Assembly: GCA_964016885.1 (NCBI GenBank)
Contig: OZ024754.1
Coordinates: 42,470,001-42,534,000 of the forward strand
Source: Eledone cirrhosa
Lineage: Eukaryota
DNA: 64,000 nucleotides
Direction: 5' to 3'
Shown here: in pieces, positions 12,071-22,762 of the stretch
Position numbering within the stretch: position 1 is the stretch's first letter
How the letters are laid out: every line of letters begins with the position of its first letter
Translations under genes and position numbers: made by a program
Notes under the pieces: model-generated
Database searches by the model: none
Told to the model about the DNA's origin: nothing
Seen by the model: only the letters and a program-made list of their open reading frames with translations

Positions 12071-12790
12071 TTTAGCAGGGAAAATGAACTGAAAATACTT
12101 ATTTTTTTATATTACATTGAATACTCCACTATTCTGCGTCTCAATCATATAAAGATAGACTTTGTTTCTCATCTAGATACAATAAATACTCATAATATAT
12201 CAGCATTGAATCACTGTATATACCATCCCCTTTCCCTACAAAAATCAGCCTTGTGTCGGCCTAAAAGAAATCAATAATCATATTCTATATAAAGCAAATA
12301 TTCCCTTCTTAAACTAAGTTAATTATATAAAAATAGGAATATTTTAACAAATAAAAAATTTAATTGCAGTATTTTCTTTTTATAATTTGATTAAAATGTT
12401 GCCATGATTCCATCTTTTCCCAGTGTATGGTAATATTCCTTATTGCTGTGTGTAGTGTCAAGCTTTGTAGTTGCAGCATCTTGCAGTAAAAGATACATGA
12501 TTTCATATGCCAGAACAAATTCAGTCATAATCTAAATATTTAGTCATCAATCTCAAACTATGAAAGAAATTTGCATATTCATTATTTCACAGAATTCAAA
12601 GAGACCCAACCGTTATTGATAAAAAAAAAAATTCAAATAGATTTTCAATATTTTTTTCCCATTAATAATATTGTGTGAAAGATGCCTAATATCTTCCAGG
12701 CTCCTTTAGGACCATATTCCTGATTGGAACAGGAAGGTGAAAATACATATCTTAGTCTCTTAGATTCTCCCACTCTGTTTGGGGACATTC

Positions 12791-13018
12791 AGTGACCCCG
12801 TAATTTCTCTAGCAATTTATAGAGATATTGAGTGATTCTGTTATTTCTCTAGCAATTTATAGGGATATTGAGTGACCCTGTTATTTCTCTAGCAATTTAT
12901 AGGGATATTGAGTGACCCTGTTATTTCTCTAGCAATTTATAGGGATATTGAGTGACCCTGTTATTTCTCTAGCAATTTATAGGGATATTGAGTGACCCTG
13001 TTATTTCTCTAGCAATTT
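12791..13018. repeat. 40-bp minisatellite, about 5.7 copies
   Basis: Unit agtgaccctgttatttctctagcaatttatagggatattg. Confidence 0.95.
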
Positions 13019-13210
13019 GTGTACTGAAGGCAAGATTGAAGACTAGCCTTATGTTTGATCCCTCCTCCTCCCCCCTTCTCAATACAGGCCAGATACCAAC
13101 CCAGAATTTCAAAGTCAAGGGGTCATTCAAAACTCTGGATAGAGGCAGCCCATTGTTGGTATTATTTGCTGGAGACAGCTAAGCCCTAGACTTGTGTAAA
13201 GCAGGTTTAA

Positions 13211-13982
13211 CCTTTTAACATTTAAACCGGCCATATCTAGCCAGACTTCTCTCATCTCTTTCTGTTCAAACCAGCTGTAACCGGCCACTCATACTGATGT
13301 TAAGGTATTGTTCTTAATAAATAATCTCATAGATTCAATATTATGTGAGATAAAGCCTTTACTGTGAAAATAGAATAGTATATATAGAGTAATGTAACTG
13401 TTATGTGAGATATTATGTGAGGTAAAGCCTTTACTGTGACAATACAATAGTATATATAGAGTAATGTAAATGTTATGTGAGATATTATGTGAGGTAAAGC
13501 CTTTACTGTGAAAATACAACAGTATATATAGAGTAATGTAAATGTTATGTGAGATATTATGTGAGGTAAAGCCTTTACTGTGAAAATACAATAGTATATA
13601 TAGAGTAATGTAAATGTTATGTGAGATATTATGTGAGGTAAAGCCTTTACTGTGAAAATACAACAGTATATATAGAGTAATGTAACTTATGTGAGATATT
13701 ATGTGAGGTAAAGCCTTTACTGTGAAAATACAATAGTATATATAGAGTAATGTAAATGTTATGTGAGATATTATGTGAGGTAAAGCCTTTACTGTGAAAA
13801 TACAATAGTATATATAGAGTAATGTAAATGTTATGTGAGATATTATGTGAGGTAAAGCCTTTACTGTGAAAATACAATAGTATATATAGAGTAATGTAAA
13901 TGTTATGTGAGATATTATGTGAGGTAAAGCCTTTACTGCGAAAATACAATAGTATATATAGAGTAATGTAAATGTTAAAGGG
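13211..13982 (+). mobile_element. piggyBac-type MITE (family A) whose subterminal 72-bp segment is tandemly expanded about 9 times
   Basis: TTAA|ccttttaacattta...gtaaatgttaaaggg|TTAA; 72-bp period from about 13340 to 13976 (24-aa periodic ORFs). Confidence 0.92.
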
Positions 13983-14403
13983 TTAAGTTGTCATGCTCTG
14001 TTGAGCTCATTACCCACTGCCTATAAATAAAAATATAAATATAGACTAGCATAAAATACATATTTTTAAGATGCACTTGTTTGACAAGTGACTTGATCTG
14101 AGGGCACCGTGTGATGAAGCTAAAACAATTATATTGTGGAAGAGTCATTTTAATCACACAAAAACTGTTAACTTCAATTAATCATTTATTTCTTGGTGCC
14201 AAACAGTGATGAAAATTGTAACACACAAAAAATAATAATAATAATAAATGTAAAGCGAATTTAACAACTTTTTCATGTTTTTTTTTTTCATGACTAAGAT
14301 GATTCTTCCAAGAGAGAATAGATTGATGAAACAACCTTTATTTTCCACAAAGAGAGAGAAAAGGAGAGAAAGAAGGGAGGGAGTAATAGAAAGAAAAACT
14401 AAC

Positions 14404-14473
14404 CACTTTCTGGTTCTCTGCAAACCAATTGAATATTTGGTAGTCGCATGATTATAATTTGTTGAAGGACTTC
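14404..14473 (-). CDS. CCDC88: CCDC88-like coding exon (probable exon 4), 70 nt, phase 0 to 1
   Basis: ttttcgcccacag|GAAGTCCTT...GAAAGTG|gttagt; EVLQQIIIMRLPNIQLVCREPES, similar to Girdin ETLQQLIMMSLPNV; absent from the ORF track. Confidence 0.92.
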
Positions 14474-16902
14474 CTGTGGGCGAAAAATATCAACATTTTA
14501 AAATACATTCAAATATATTATAATACATGAAATAATTATTGTAGACTTCACAGAATCATTCTCAGATTGATATACAATCAAGTCTAAAAGGAAACTTTAA
14601 ATGTTTTGATGCCCTAAATCCCCAAACTGCCCCTGGGTCTGCGATACAAAAGTGTTTTGAATTGTTTATATTTACAAAACAAAAAAAAAAAAAAAAAAAA
14701 AAAGTTTCCCCTTATAATTTTATGTAAGACTATTTTGTTAAGATATGTTCAAATCTTTAACTTAATGAGAAAATTAGTTATTTTACTAAATTATATTAAA
14801 TTCTTATTTTCAAAACTAGAAATATAATGAAAGGGTTAAAATAGATTTCTAAAGAGAAATCTATTTTAACCCTTTTGTTACTATATTTCTAATGAATGAC
14901 ACTGCCTCTGATTTTCAAATAATTTGTATGTGTGTGGTGTGTGTGAACACACATATACATATGTGAGAGAGAGAGAAAGAGTGAGACGTAGACTGTTTAA
15001 TATAATTTTTAAATATTAGGAGTTATGAATGAAGAGCTTATGTTTCCTTCCACCTTTTCTTCTTTATGAATGGAACCTATTATATACATAGTAAAATATA
15101 TATTACACTTTACAATCCCTCCTCCCGCCTTTCTTTAATACTATATTTGTAGTGTTTAAGCATGAGTAATACTAGGGATTATTTGACTAAATTAAAGCAT
15201 TTCATTGGTTTTATTTTCATTTCTTTAACACTTACATGGTCATATTTCTAATGGAAAATATCAGCGATATGTAATTTTAAAATAATTTTTAAAATAATTA
15301 AGATTATGGAGGGATTTAGTAATATGACTTATTCACTAAAGAGATGACGTTTGGGACATAACTTAAAGGTTCTTACATAAAATTATGACGGAAGGATTTT
15401 CAGCTAAATATAGAATAATTTAAAATACAAGAATATTTCTGAAGTGGGTTGATTCGGTCATTGTAGTGATTAGTTTAGCTCTTTGTACTCTAAAATTGTC
15501 AGAAAATACAATTTGAGTCCAAACAGGTCATATTACATTTACAGCTTCCCATAATTATAAAGAGATTATAGCAAAATGATCCATGAAATCTCTCTGAATA
15601 CACATACTAGCAACTGGCAAATAGTGATATGTGGAGAAAAAGTTGTGACTTGACAAAAAAATTTACTAGGGGGGTTAATATTACACTTATCAAATATCAA
15701 CCAAGATATCAAACGACATCGATATGTGCTAAATATAACATGTACATAAATTGTAGCACATATATAAATAGATGTGTGTTTTGGTAGTTTGGAGAGAAAA
15801 ATATATGGGAAGGGAGAGGGGGGGGGGGTATTGATAAAATAAGTACCAAACTTGAAAAACTAAGTACTGTAGTGGACGTGATCAACTAATGACTGAATCC
15901 AATGAAAAAATTAAATAGTTCTGCTTTCTAAACTACAGAAAACAATGTAAGTTCCAATGTATGAATGTAGAGGAAAACTGATCTAATTCTTCCTCTGATC
16001 AACAACACTGGTATTGGGAGTTAAAAGGAAGATCAAGTTAGTTTGAGGTATTTTAACAATTTCATGACCATATTTATAATCAAATACACTATATTTCTAT
16101 TAATTAATGAAGAATTTTGAGGCATTTACTAGAATTATTATCTATTATGAAAATAGTAACTAGGCTGGTAGACTGACAGTATCAGTAAAGTGTCAGACAA
16201 AATGCTTTGTAGTATTTAGTTACAACTTTCAAATCCTCACAAGGTCCACTTTACCATTTATCCTTCCAGTGTTGATAAAATAAAGTACCAGTTAAGTACT
16301 GAGGTTGATATAATCAACATTCCCCTTCTCTCACATGGTCTAGTGTCAATGTTAGAAAAAATTATTATGATAGGAACTTAACATACAGTTCTTATGAAAT
16401 TATGTTGGAAAATTTGAATTTAAATAGGAATCTTTTAAAATGGGTGGTTTCATTTCATAGAACCAGAGATGGTTTTAGTCAGGTTAGTTTTGCAGGTCCC
16501 ACAAAAGGCTTTTTGCTCAGCATGAGATCCTTTTTGAAGCAATGTTTTAAGGCTGAATGTTGTTCTTGGCCCCTTGTCACCAAATATGACATACAGGGTT
16601 ACAGTATACCTATTTTAAACTAAATACATACATACATATAGCAATGGTATAAACATCTATAAAGCAAATGTTACTCATTAAACAACAACAAATGCTTCAC
16701 GAAAGTTTAAAATAAAGAAAGTTTAAAGAAAGTTTAAAATAAAGAAAGTTTAAATAAACAAAGCCGAGATAACTACATGAAAACCTGTAGATCAACCAAA
16801 ATATATTACATACCTTCTTGTATAAGAAGTTCTGTTGATAAGCTATCCATTATATTGGTAGAGTACAATTTATTTATACAAAAAATATATTTATACTAAC
16901 AG

Positions 16903-16937
<35 letters not shown>

Positions 16938-17144
16938 TACCTGAAATAAACAGTAGTAAGAGTAAGTGGTGGTTACTACTACTACTACTACTACTGCTGC
17001 TGGACATTAATTGCATAATAATTTGAATACCTAACATTTTTGCTCAGATTTATTAGACTGTGACCAACTGTCATATACCGTGCATACAATTCTATTTTAA
17101 AATGTTCATTGTTACAACAGTCATATTAAGTTTATCCTTATTAT

Positions 17145-17330
17145 TGTCAGTATCGGTAGAGAGTCGGACACCATGCTTTGAAGCATAGAGTTACGTCCCT
17201 TTACGATCTGAGTTCAAATCCCGCCGAGGTTAACTTTGCCTTTCATCCTTACGGGGTCGATAAAATAAAGTACCAGTAATACACTGGGTAATTGCTGGCC
17301 TTGTGCCAAAAGGAGAAACAATTATTATTA
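17145..17330 (+). mobile_element. tRNA-derived SINE, family A
   Basis: B-box-like gagttcaaatccc; central gcctttcatccttacggggtcgataaaataaagtaccag; tail ggccttgtgccaaaaggagaaacaattattatta. More than 15 full or partial copies occur in the window. Confidence 0.85.
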
Positions 17331-17407
17331 TTATTACTACGATAATTATTATTATTATTATATGTCAAACAACAAGGTGACTTGAACCTTTCAATGCATC
17401 CCACACA

Positions 17408-17616
<209 letters not shown>

Positions 17617-17656
17617 CATATTAAAGTTGCTGTTTACACTCTACTAATGTATTGAG

Positions 17657-17687
<31 letters not shown>

Positions 17688-17766
17688 ACAGAGTTTCAGA
17701 TGATCCTGCTTAGAGTGAAAGCAGAAATTCTTTGCTTAAGCTATTAATCTGTACTAATTATATATA

Positions 17767-18268
17767 TCTATATATATAAAAGCGAGGATGTGTGTGTGTG
17801 TGGAAAACTTTGGACAGCTAAGGCTTTTACAATTCCCAACCGAATTTGACCAAATTTTCTGGGCACGTTGCACCTGTCGCTAAGATGGTCACATCACAAA
17901 CATTTTTCAAATCGACCCACGTTGAGCAATAAAAAATCGATAGCAAAATTATTTTTTCTAAAGTGCATGATGTAAGGTAGAAATCAATCAAAACAAAATC
18001 CTTATGGGACTTTCCATTCAAACTGTTGGGACCTACAACTTTTCAGCTGTAGCTTGCACATTTTTTTGTCACTCGCAACAAAATTGTAGGTGTTTATTCT
18101 CTGCACTACAAGGCTCTTAAGCGAGCATCGATTTTCTTCTAAGTCACCTGCCTGTGTCAGCAAACCCATAAAAACTAAATCCTTATGGGATTTTCCATTC
18201 AATTTACTTCCTAGCTGTATATTCTTAGCATAATTTCAAACCCCGGGCAACGCCAGGTAAATCTGCTA

Positions 18269-18269
<1 letters not shown>
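17767..18269 (+). mobile_element. Non-autonomous Helitron
   Basis: A|TCTATATATATAAAAG 5' end; 3' GC-rich subterminal ccccgggcaacgccagg followed by ...ctgCTAG|T; inserted between A and T without a TSD; internal ~32-bp direct repeat (aaatccttatggga.tttccattcaa). Confidence 0.85.
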
Positions 18270-18308
<39 letters not shown>

Positions 18309-18487
18309 TCTAATGCTTTTCATAATATAAAGAGCTTTCATCAGTGTTTTCATATATTTTTCCATACTAGCATAGATTGGAGAAAACTGTTTTGAGGTAG
18401 TGTTCTATGGCTTTTCCTAAAAACACCCACCTTTTCTTTTTAAATGTTTAAGTTCTGGTCTTTTTACTTTGAAGGATGGGTTTACAG

Positions 18488-18669
18488 TAACTGGAAGGTG
18501 GCGTAGTATGTACTAACTGGAAGGTGGGGTGGTATGTACTAACTGGAAGGTGGGGGTGGTATGTACTAACTGGAAGGTGGGGGTGGTATGTACTAACTGG
18601 AAGGTGGGGGTGGTATGTACTAACTGGAATGTGGGGTGGTATGTACTAACTGGAAGGTGGGGGTGGTAT
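18488..18669. repeat. 27-bp G-rich minisatellite, about 7 copies
   Basis: Unit taactggaaggtgggggtggtatgtac. Confidence 0.93.
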
Positions 18670-18980
18670 TAACATGAAAAAAGTTATATAGTAACTGAAA
18701 AAGGATATTTAGTAACATGACTGTGTATATAGTAAGTGAAAGAGTGTATATAGTAACATGAAAGAGTGTATATAGCAACATGAAAGAGTGTATATAGTAA
18801 CATGAAAGAGTGTATATAGTAACATGAAAGAGTGTATATAGTAACATGAAAGAGTGTATATAGCAACATGAAAGAGTGTATATAGCAACATGAAAGAGTG
18901 TATATAGCAACATGAAAGAGTGTATATAGCAACATGAAAGAGTGTATATAGTAACATGAAAGAGTGTATAGTAAGTGAAA
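18670..18980. repeat. 22-bp minisatellite with diverged edge copies
   Basis: Unit aacatgaaagagtgtatatag(t/c). Confidence 0.93.
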
Positions 18981-19153
18981 AGGTTTGTTGATATATGACT
19001 TGGAGTATAATTAAAGAAAGCTCCTCCATATATTTGAACATCATTATATTATATAAATCTACCGTCTATTATATAATATAATAGGTGGTGGATGGCAGTA
19101 TTGGTAGGGAGTCGGACACCATTCTCTGCAGCATAGAGTTACGGCCCTTTACA

Positions 19154-19675
19154 GGAAAATGATGGCTTCAGTTTTTTGGGATGCAAAAGGCATTGTGTTT
19201 ATTGACTTTCTTCAAAGGGGACACACCATCAATGAGGCAATTGTGAAAGGCTATCAGGACCAAATGGCCAGGAAAACTGATGAAAGGGGTCTTGTTTCAT
19301 GAGGACAATGCTCCAGCCCACAAGCCCTTGGTTTCAATAGGTGCTGTGTGTGACTGTGGCATTGAACTAGTCAATCACCCTCCCTATTCTCCTGATTTGG
19401 CCCCATCTGACTACCATCTGTTCCCCAACATGAAAAAAACACTTGGTTGGGAACCAGTATCTCAGTGATGATGATGATGATGTTATATCTGTTGTTGATG
19501 ACCTTTTTTGACCAACAAGATGAAAGCTTCTTCACCAATGGGGTCCCAGCACTGCAACACCGATGGAAGAAGTGTGTGGACTGTAAGGAGGATTATGTTG
19601 AAAAATAAACCTCATTTGGTCAAATTCCATGAGAGTATCTTGGTCAGCCTATGAACTTTTCAGCAGACCCTTGTA
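19154..19675 (+). pseudogene. mariner transposase 3' half with right TIR (frameshifted)
   Basis: GKMMASVFWDAKGIVFIDFL..., VLFHEDNAPAH, HPPYSPDLAPSDYHLFPNMKK (DD34D mariner motifs); ends cagcctatgaacttttcagcagacccttg-TA. Confidence 0.92.
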
Positions 19676-19895
19676 TTCATGTAAATTTTCATTCATATGC
19701 ATGGACACACATCAATACACACACAAAGACACCAATACACACACACACCAATACACACACACATCAATACACACACACACACCCCAATAGACACACACAG
19801 TCATACCATAACCCCTTTGCGTCCGTATTTCTAACAAGAACATATTGCCTTTGTATGTTTTAATAATGAAATCTTATCAAGAATTATAAGCCTAG

Positions 19896-20131
19896 ACCAC
19901 AACAACTAAAGCCAAAGCCTACACCACAACAACTAAAGCCAAAGCCTACACCACAACAACTAAAGCCAAAGCCTACACCACAACAACTAAAGCCAAAGCC
20001 TACACCACAACAACTAAAGCCAAAGCCTACACCACAACAACTAAAGCCAAAGCCTACACCACAACAACTAAAGCCAAAGCCTACACCACAACAACTAAAG
20101 CCAAAGCCTACATCACAACAACTAAAGCCAT
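19896..20131. repeat. 27-bp minisatellite, about 9 near-identical copies
   Basis: Unit accacaacaactaaagccaaagcctac. Confidence 0.96.
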
Positions 20132-20287
20132 TACTACAATACTGCAAATCTTCACAAAGCTCTGTCACCTTGTAAAGATACTTTAAACATTTGAAGTAAC
20201 GAGTCTTTACATCTTTTCTGTTATTACAGAATGTTAGCAGTTAAAGAGTTAAAGGAAATAACTTAGAATTTCCCTAGCATAAATAAT

Positions 20288-20461
20288 TGTTTCTACTTTT
20301 GGCACAAGGCCAGAAATTAACCCAGTGTATTACTGGTACTTTATTTTATCGACCTCGTAAGGATGAAAGGCAAAGTTGACCTCGGCGGGATTTGAACTCA
20401 GATCATAAAGGGACGTAACTCTATGCTTCAAAGCATGGTATCCGACTACTGATACTGCCAA
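20288..20461 (-). mobile_element. tRNA-derived SINE, family A, with 18-bp TSD
   Basis: ttccctagcataaataat at 20270-20287 and 20462-20479 flanks the SINE. Confidence 0.9.
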
Positions 20462-20544
20462 TTCCCTAGCATAAATAATATAGTTTACCTATACAGACAT
20501 TTTAATTACCCTTCCATACACGTTCAGGTAGGTAGATAGATAGG

Positions 20545-20980
20545 TGTGTGTGTGTGTGTAAATATATACATATATGCACACATATTCATGCATGCATATA
20601 TATGCATGTACATATATATACACACACACACACAATCATGCATGTATATGTATGTATATATATATATATATATGTGCGTGTACATATACTATATATACAT
20701 ATACACACACATTCACGTATGCATATATATGTACATATACACACACACACACAATCATACATGCATATATATGCATGTACATATATATATATACATGTAT
20801 GTACATATATAAACGTACACACACACACACATTCATGCATATATATGTATGTATATATATATATATATATATATAAACATGTACACACACACACATTCAT
20901 GCATATATATATATATATACATACACACATGCATGCATTCATGCATGTATATATATATATTTGTGTACGTATATATACAA
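20545..20980. repeat. Compound (TA)/(CA)/(TG) low-complexity tract
   Basis: Direct inspection; similar tracts at 11435-11570, 33930-34578, 49855-50120, 57330-57750. Confidence 0.95.
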
Positions 20981-21150
20981 GTTCTACAAAACAGAATTAC
21001 AGACTATACCATATTTATACCGACACAGAGGCACACCATACCACACACACACACTCATATGTGGTGGTACTTACTACAAGAAGAAGAAGAGTTACTAGAA
21101 GCCAGCTTGTAGCCTATAAAGTTACTACTTAAGTAAAAGACAACAGCAGC

Positions 21151-21172
21151 TTTATAGAGTCACCATATAAGG
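21151..21172 (-). promoter_or_regulatory. Candidate CArG box plus TATA box (internal promoter)
   Basis: Minus strand CCTTATATGG tgactc TATAAA; a consensus donor GTA|gtaagt lies about 75 nt downstream (21075/21074). Confidence 0.3.
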
Positions 21173-22267
21173 TAGATTATGGTTGAGCAGCAGCAGATTG
21201 TACAACATTCCATGTATGTTGTCAAGAGGACAAAACTATGTAATATTAGAACATAGGGCTGGGGGGGGGGGGAGTGTATCTATCTATTAACAGCAGCAAG
21301 GTGGGGGGGAAAGAGGGATAACAAAAAAGCCCCCCCCACACACACACAAAAAAAACAAAAAACAAACAGGATCCATGAAAAATTACCAACAATAACACAA
21401 AAAAAAGTATTGTTTCTTTTTTGTTTTCTTCCTTCTATTGAAGTACTCCTCAGTTAAATCTATTTGGTCAACACCCTTCAACCCATGATTAAAATAAAGA
21501 TTGGTGAAAGGGGGTGGAGGGCAAAGAAAATAGTTTAACAGAAGATGTTTAGTGTTAAACATTTAACTGATATCTGTCAATATTTGAGAGCTCACGAAGA
21601 AAATATCTGACCTAAGGTAAAGAAAATATTCAACCTAGGGTAAAGTAAATATCAAGTTGAATCTTTGGCAATAATATTACATTTCATTGTATTTCCTGTG
21701 TATTGTTGTTGTTTTCTTTGTCATTTTATTTTATTTTAATAATACTTTCTCTATTTAGACAGTTGATATGTAAAGATAATGAATAGAGATGTTTAATATA
21801 ATAAGATATCAATTGCTTCTACGTTAGGCACAAGGCCAGCAATTACCCAGTGCATTACTGGTACTTTATTTTATCGACCCCGATATATAATAAGATATTA
21901 ATGGTATTATTTTATAGGTGTGAATGTGCATGATGTAGTGGTTAGAGTGTTGGACTCATGATCATAAGGTAGTGAATTCAATTCCCAGACCGTGTTTTTG
22001 AACAAGACTGTCTTTGCACATATAAGCTTGCATATCTGATGAGATGTCAAAAAAGAGTTGGGCCCTGTCACCTTGATTGTACCCCGAGCTGATCGATATC
22101 GAAACAGTTGTAATATGCAAATAAAGTTTGTACATTTGCTGCAACACTGACTTCAACTCTTAAATCTACTTCAACTCTGCACACTACAGCTGCCTTAACT
22201 CTGGTATACAACCCAAATGAAATGGACCTTGTAAGAGCACTGAGTGCTTTGAATGGTATACCAAATA

Positions 22268-22438
22268 TCGGTAGAGAGTTGGACGCCATGCTTTGCAGCA
22301 TAGTTACGGCCCTTTACGGTCTGAGTTCAAATCCCACTGAGGTTAACTTTGCCTTTCATCCTTACGAGGTCGATAAAATAAAGTACTATTAATGCACTGG
22401 ATAATTGCTGGTCTTGTGCCAAAAGTAGAAACAATTAT
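22268..22438 (+). mobile_element. tRNA-derived SINE, family A
   Basis: Same head, centre and tail as 17145-17330. Confidence 0.85.
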
Positions 22439-22442
22439 TTAC

Positions 22443-22495
<53 letters not shown>

Positions 22496-22499
<4 letters not shown>

Positions 22500-22762
22500 C
22501 TGGAGAAGAAATTTGAGACATGGAAACAAAATCTAGAATCAAAAAGATTCAGAGGAAATTTAGCAAAGATTAAATTTTTAGTAAGTGTTAAAGAAGACAA
22601 GATTCTGTTGCCATCTGGGAAATGGCTGTGTTTGGTATGTAAAAAAGGGGTAGGTTAGAATTCCATATGGCATACTCAATGTAAACTATGGGTACACAAG
22701 ATGTGTAGTGTAATCAGAAGCAGGCTAGCAAAGAAGATAGACTTTACTTGTGTTAGGTGCAC
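22496..22762 (+). mobile_element. RTE LINE fragment (end of RT region plus Cys-rich segment)
   Basis: LEKKFETWKQNLESK...NLAKIK...SGKWLCLVCKKGVG*NSI...CKLWVHKMCS...FTCVRC, interrupted by a stop. Confidence 0.75.

Noticed and set aside
12995-13040. Possible CCDC88 exon reading QIAREITG
   Set aside because: Edge of the 40-bp minisatellite; the true exon with proper sites and homology is at 14404-14473.
19884-20168. (GVGFGFSCC)n Gly/Cys-rich ORF resembling a structural protein
   Set aside because: Perfect 27-bp DNA repeat with no synonymous variation, signal peptide or splice evidence.
21925-21995. tRNA-like sequence (tagtggttagagtgttggactcatgatc...gaattcaattccc)
   Set aside because: No proper acceptor stem; it continues into SINE body sequence and has a homolog at 37950-38005, so it is a SINE head, not a tRNA gene.
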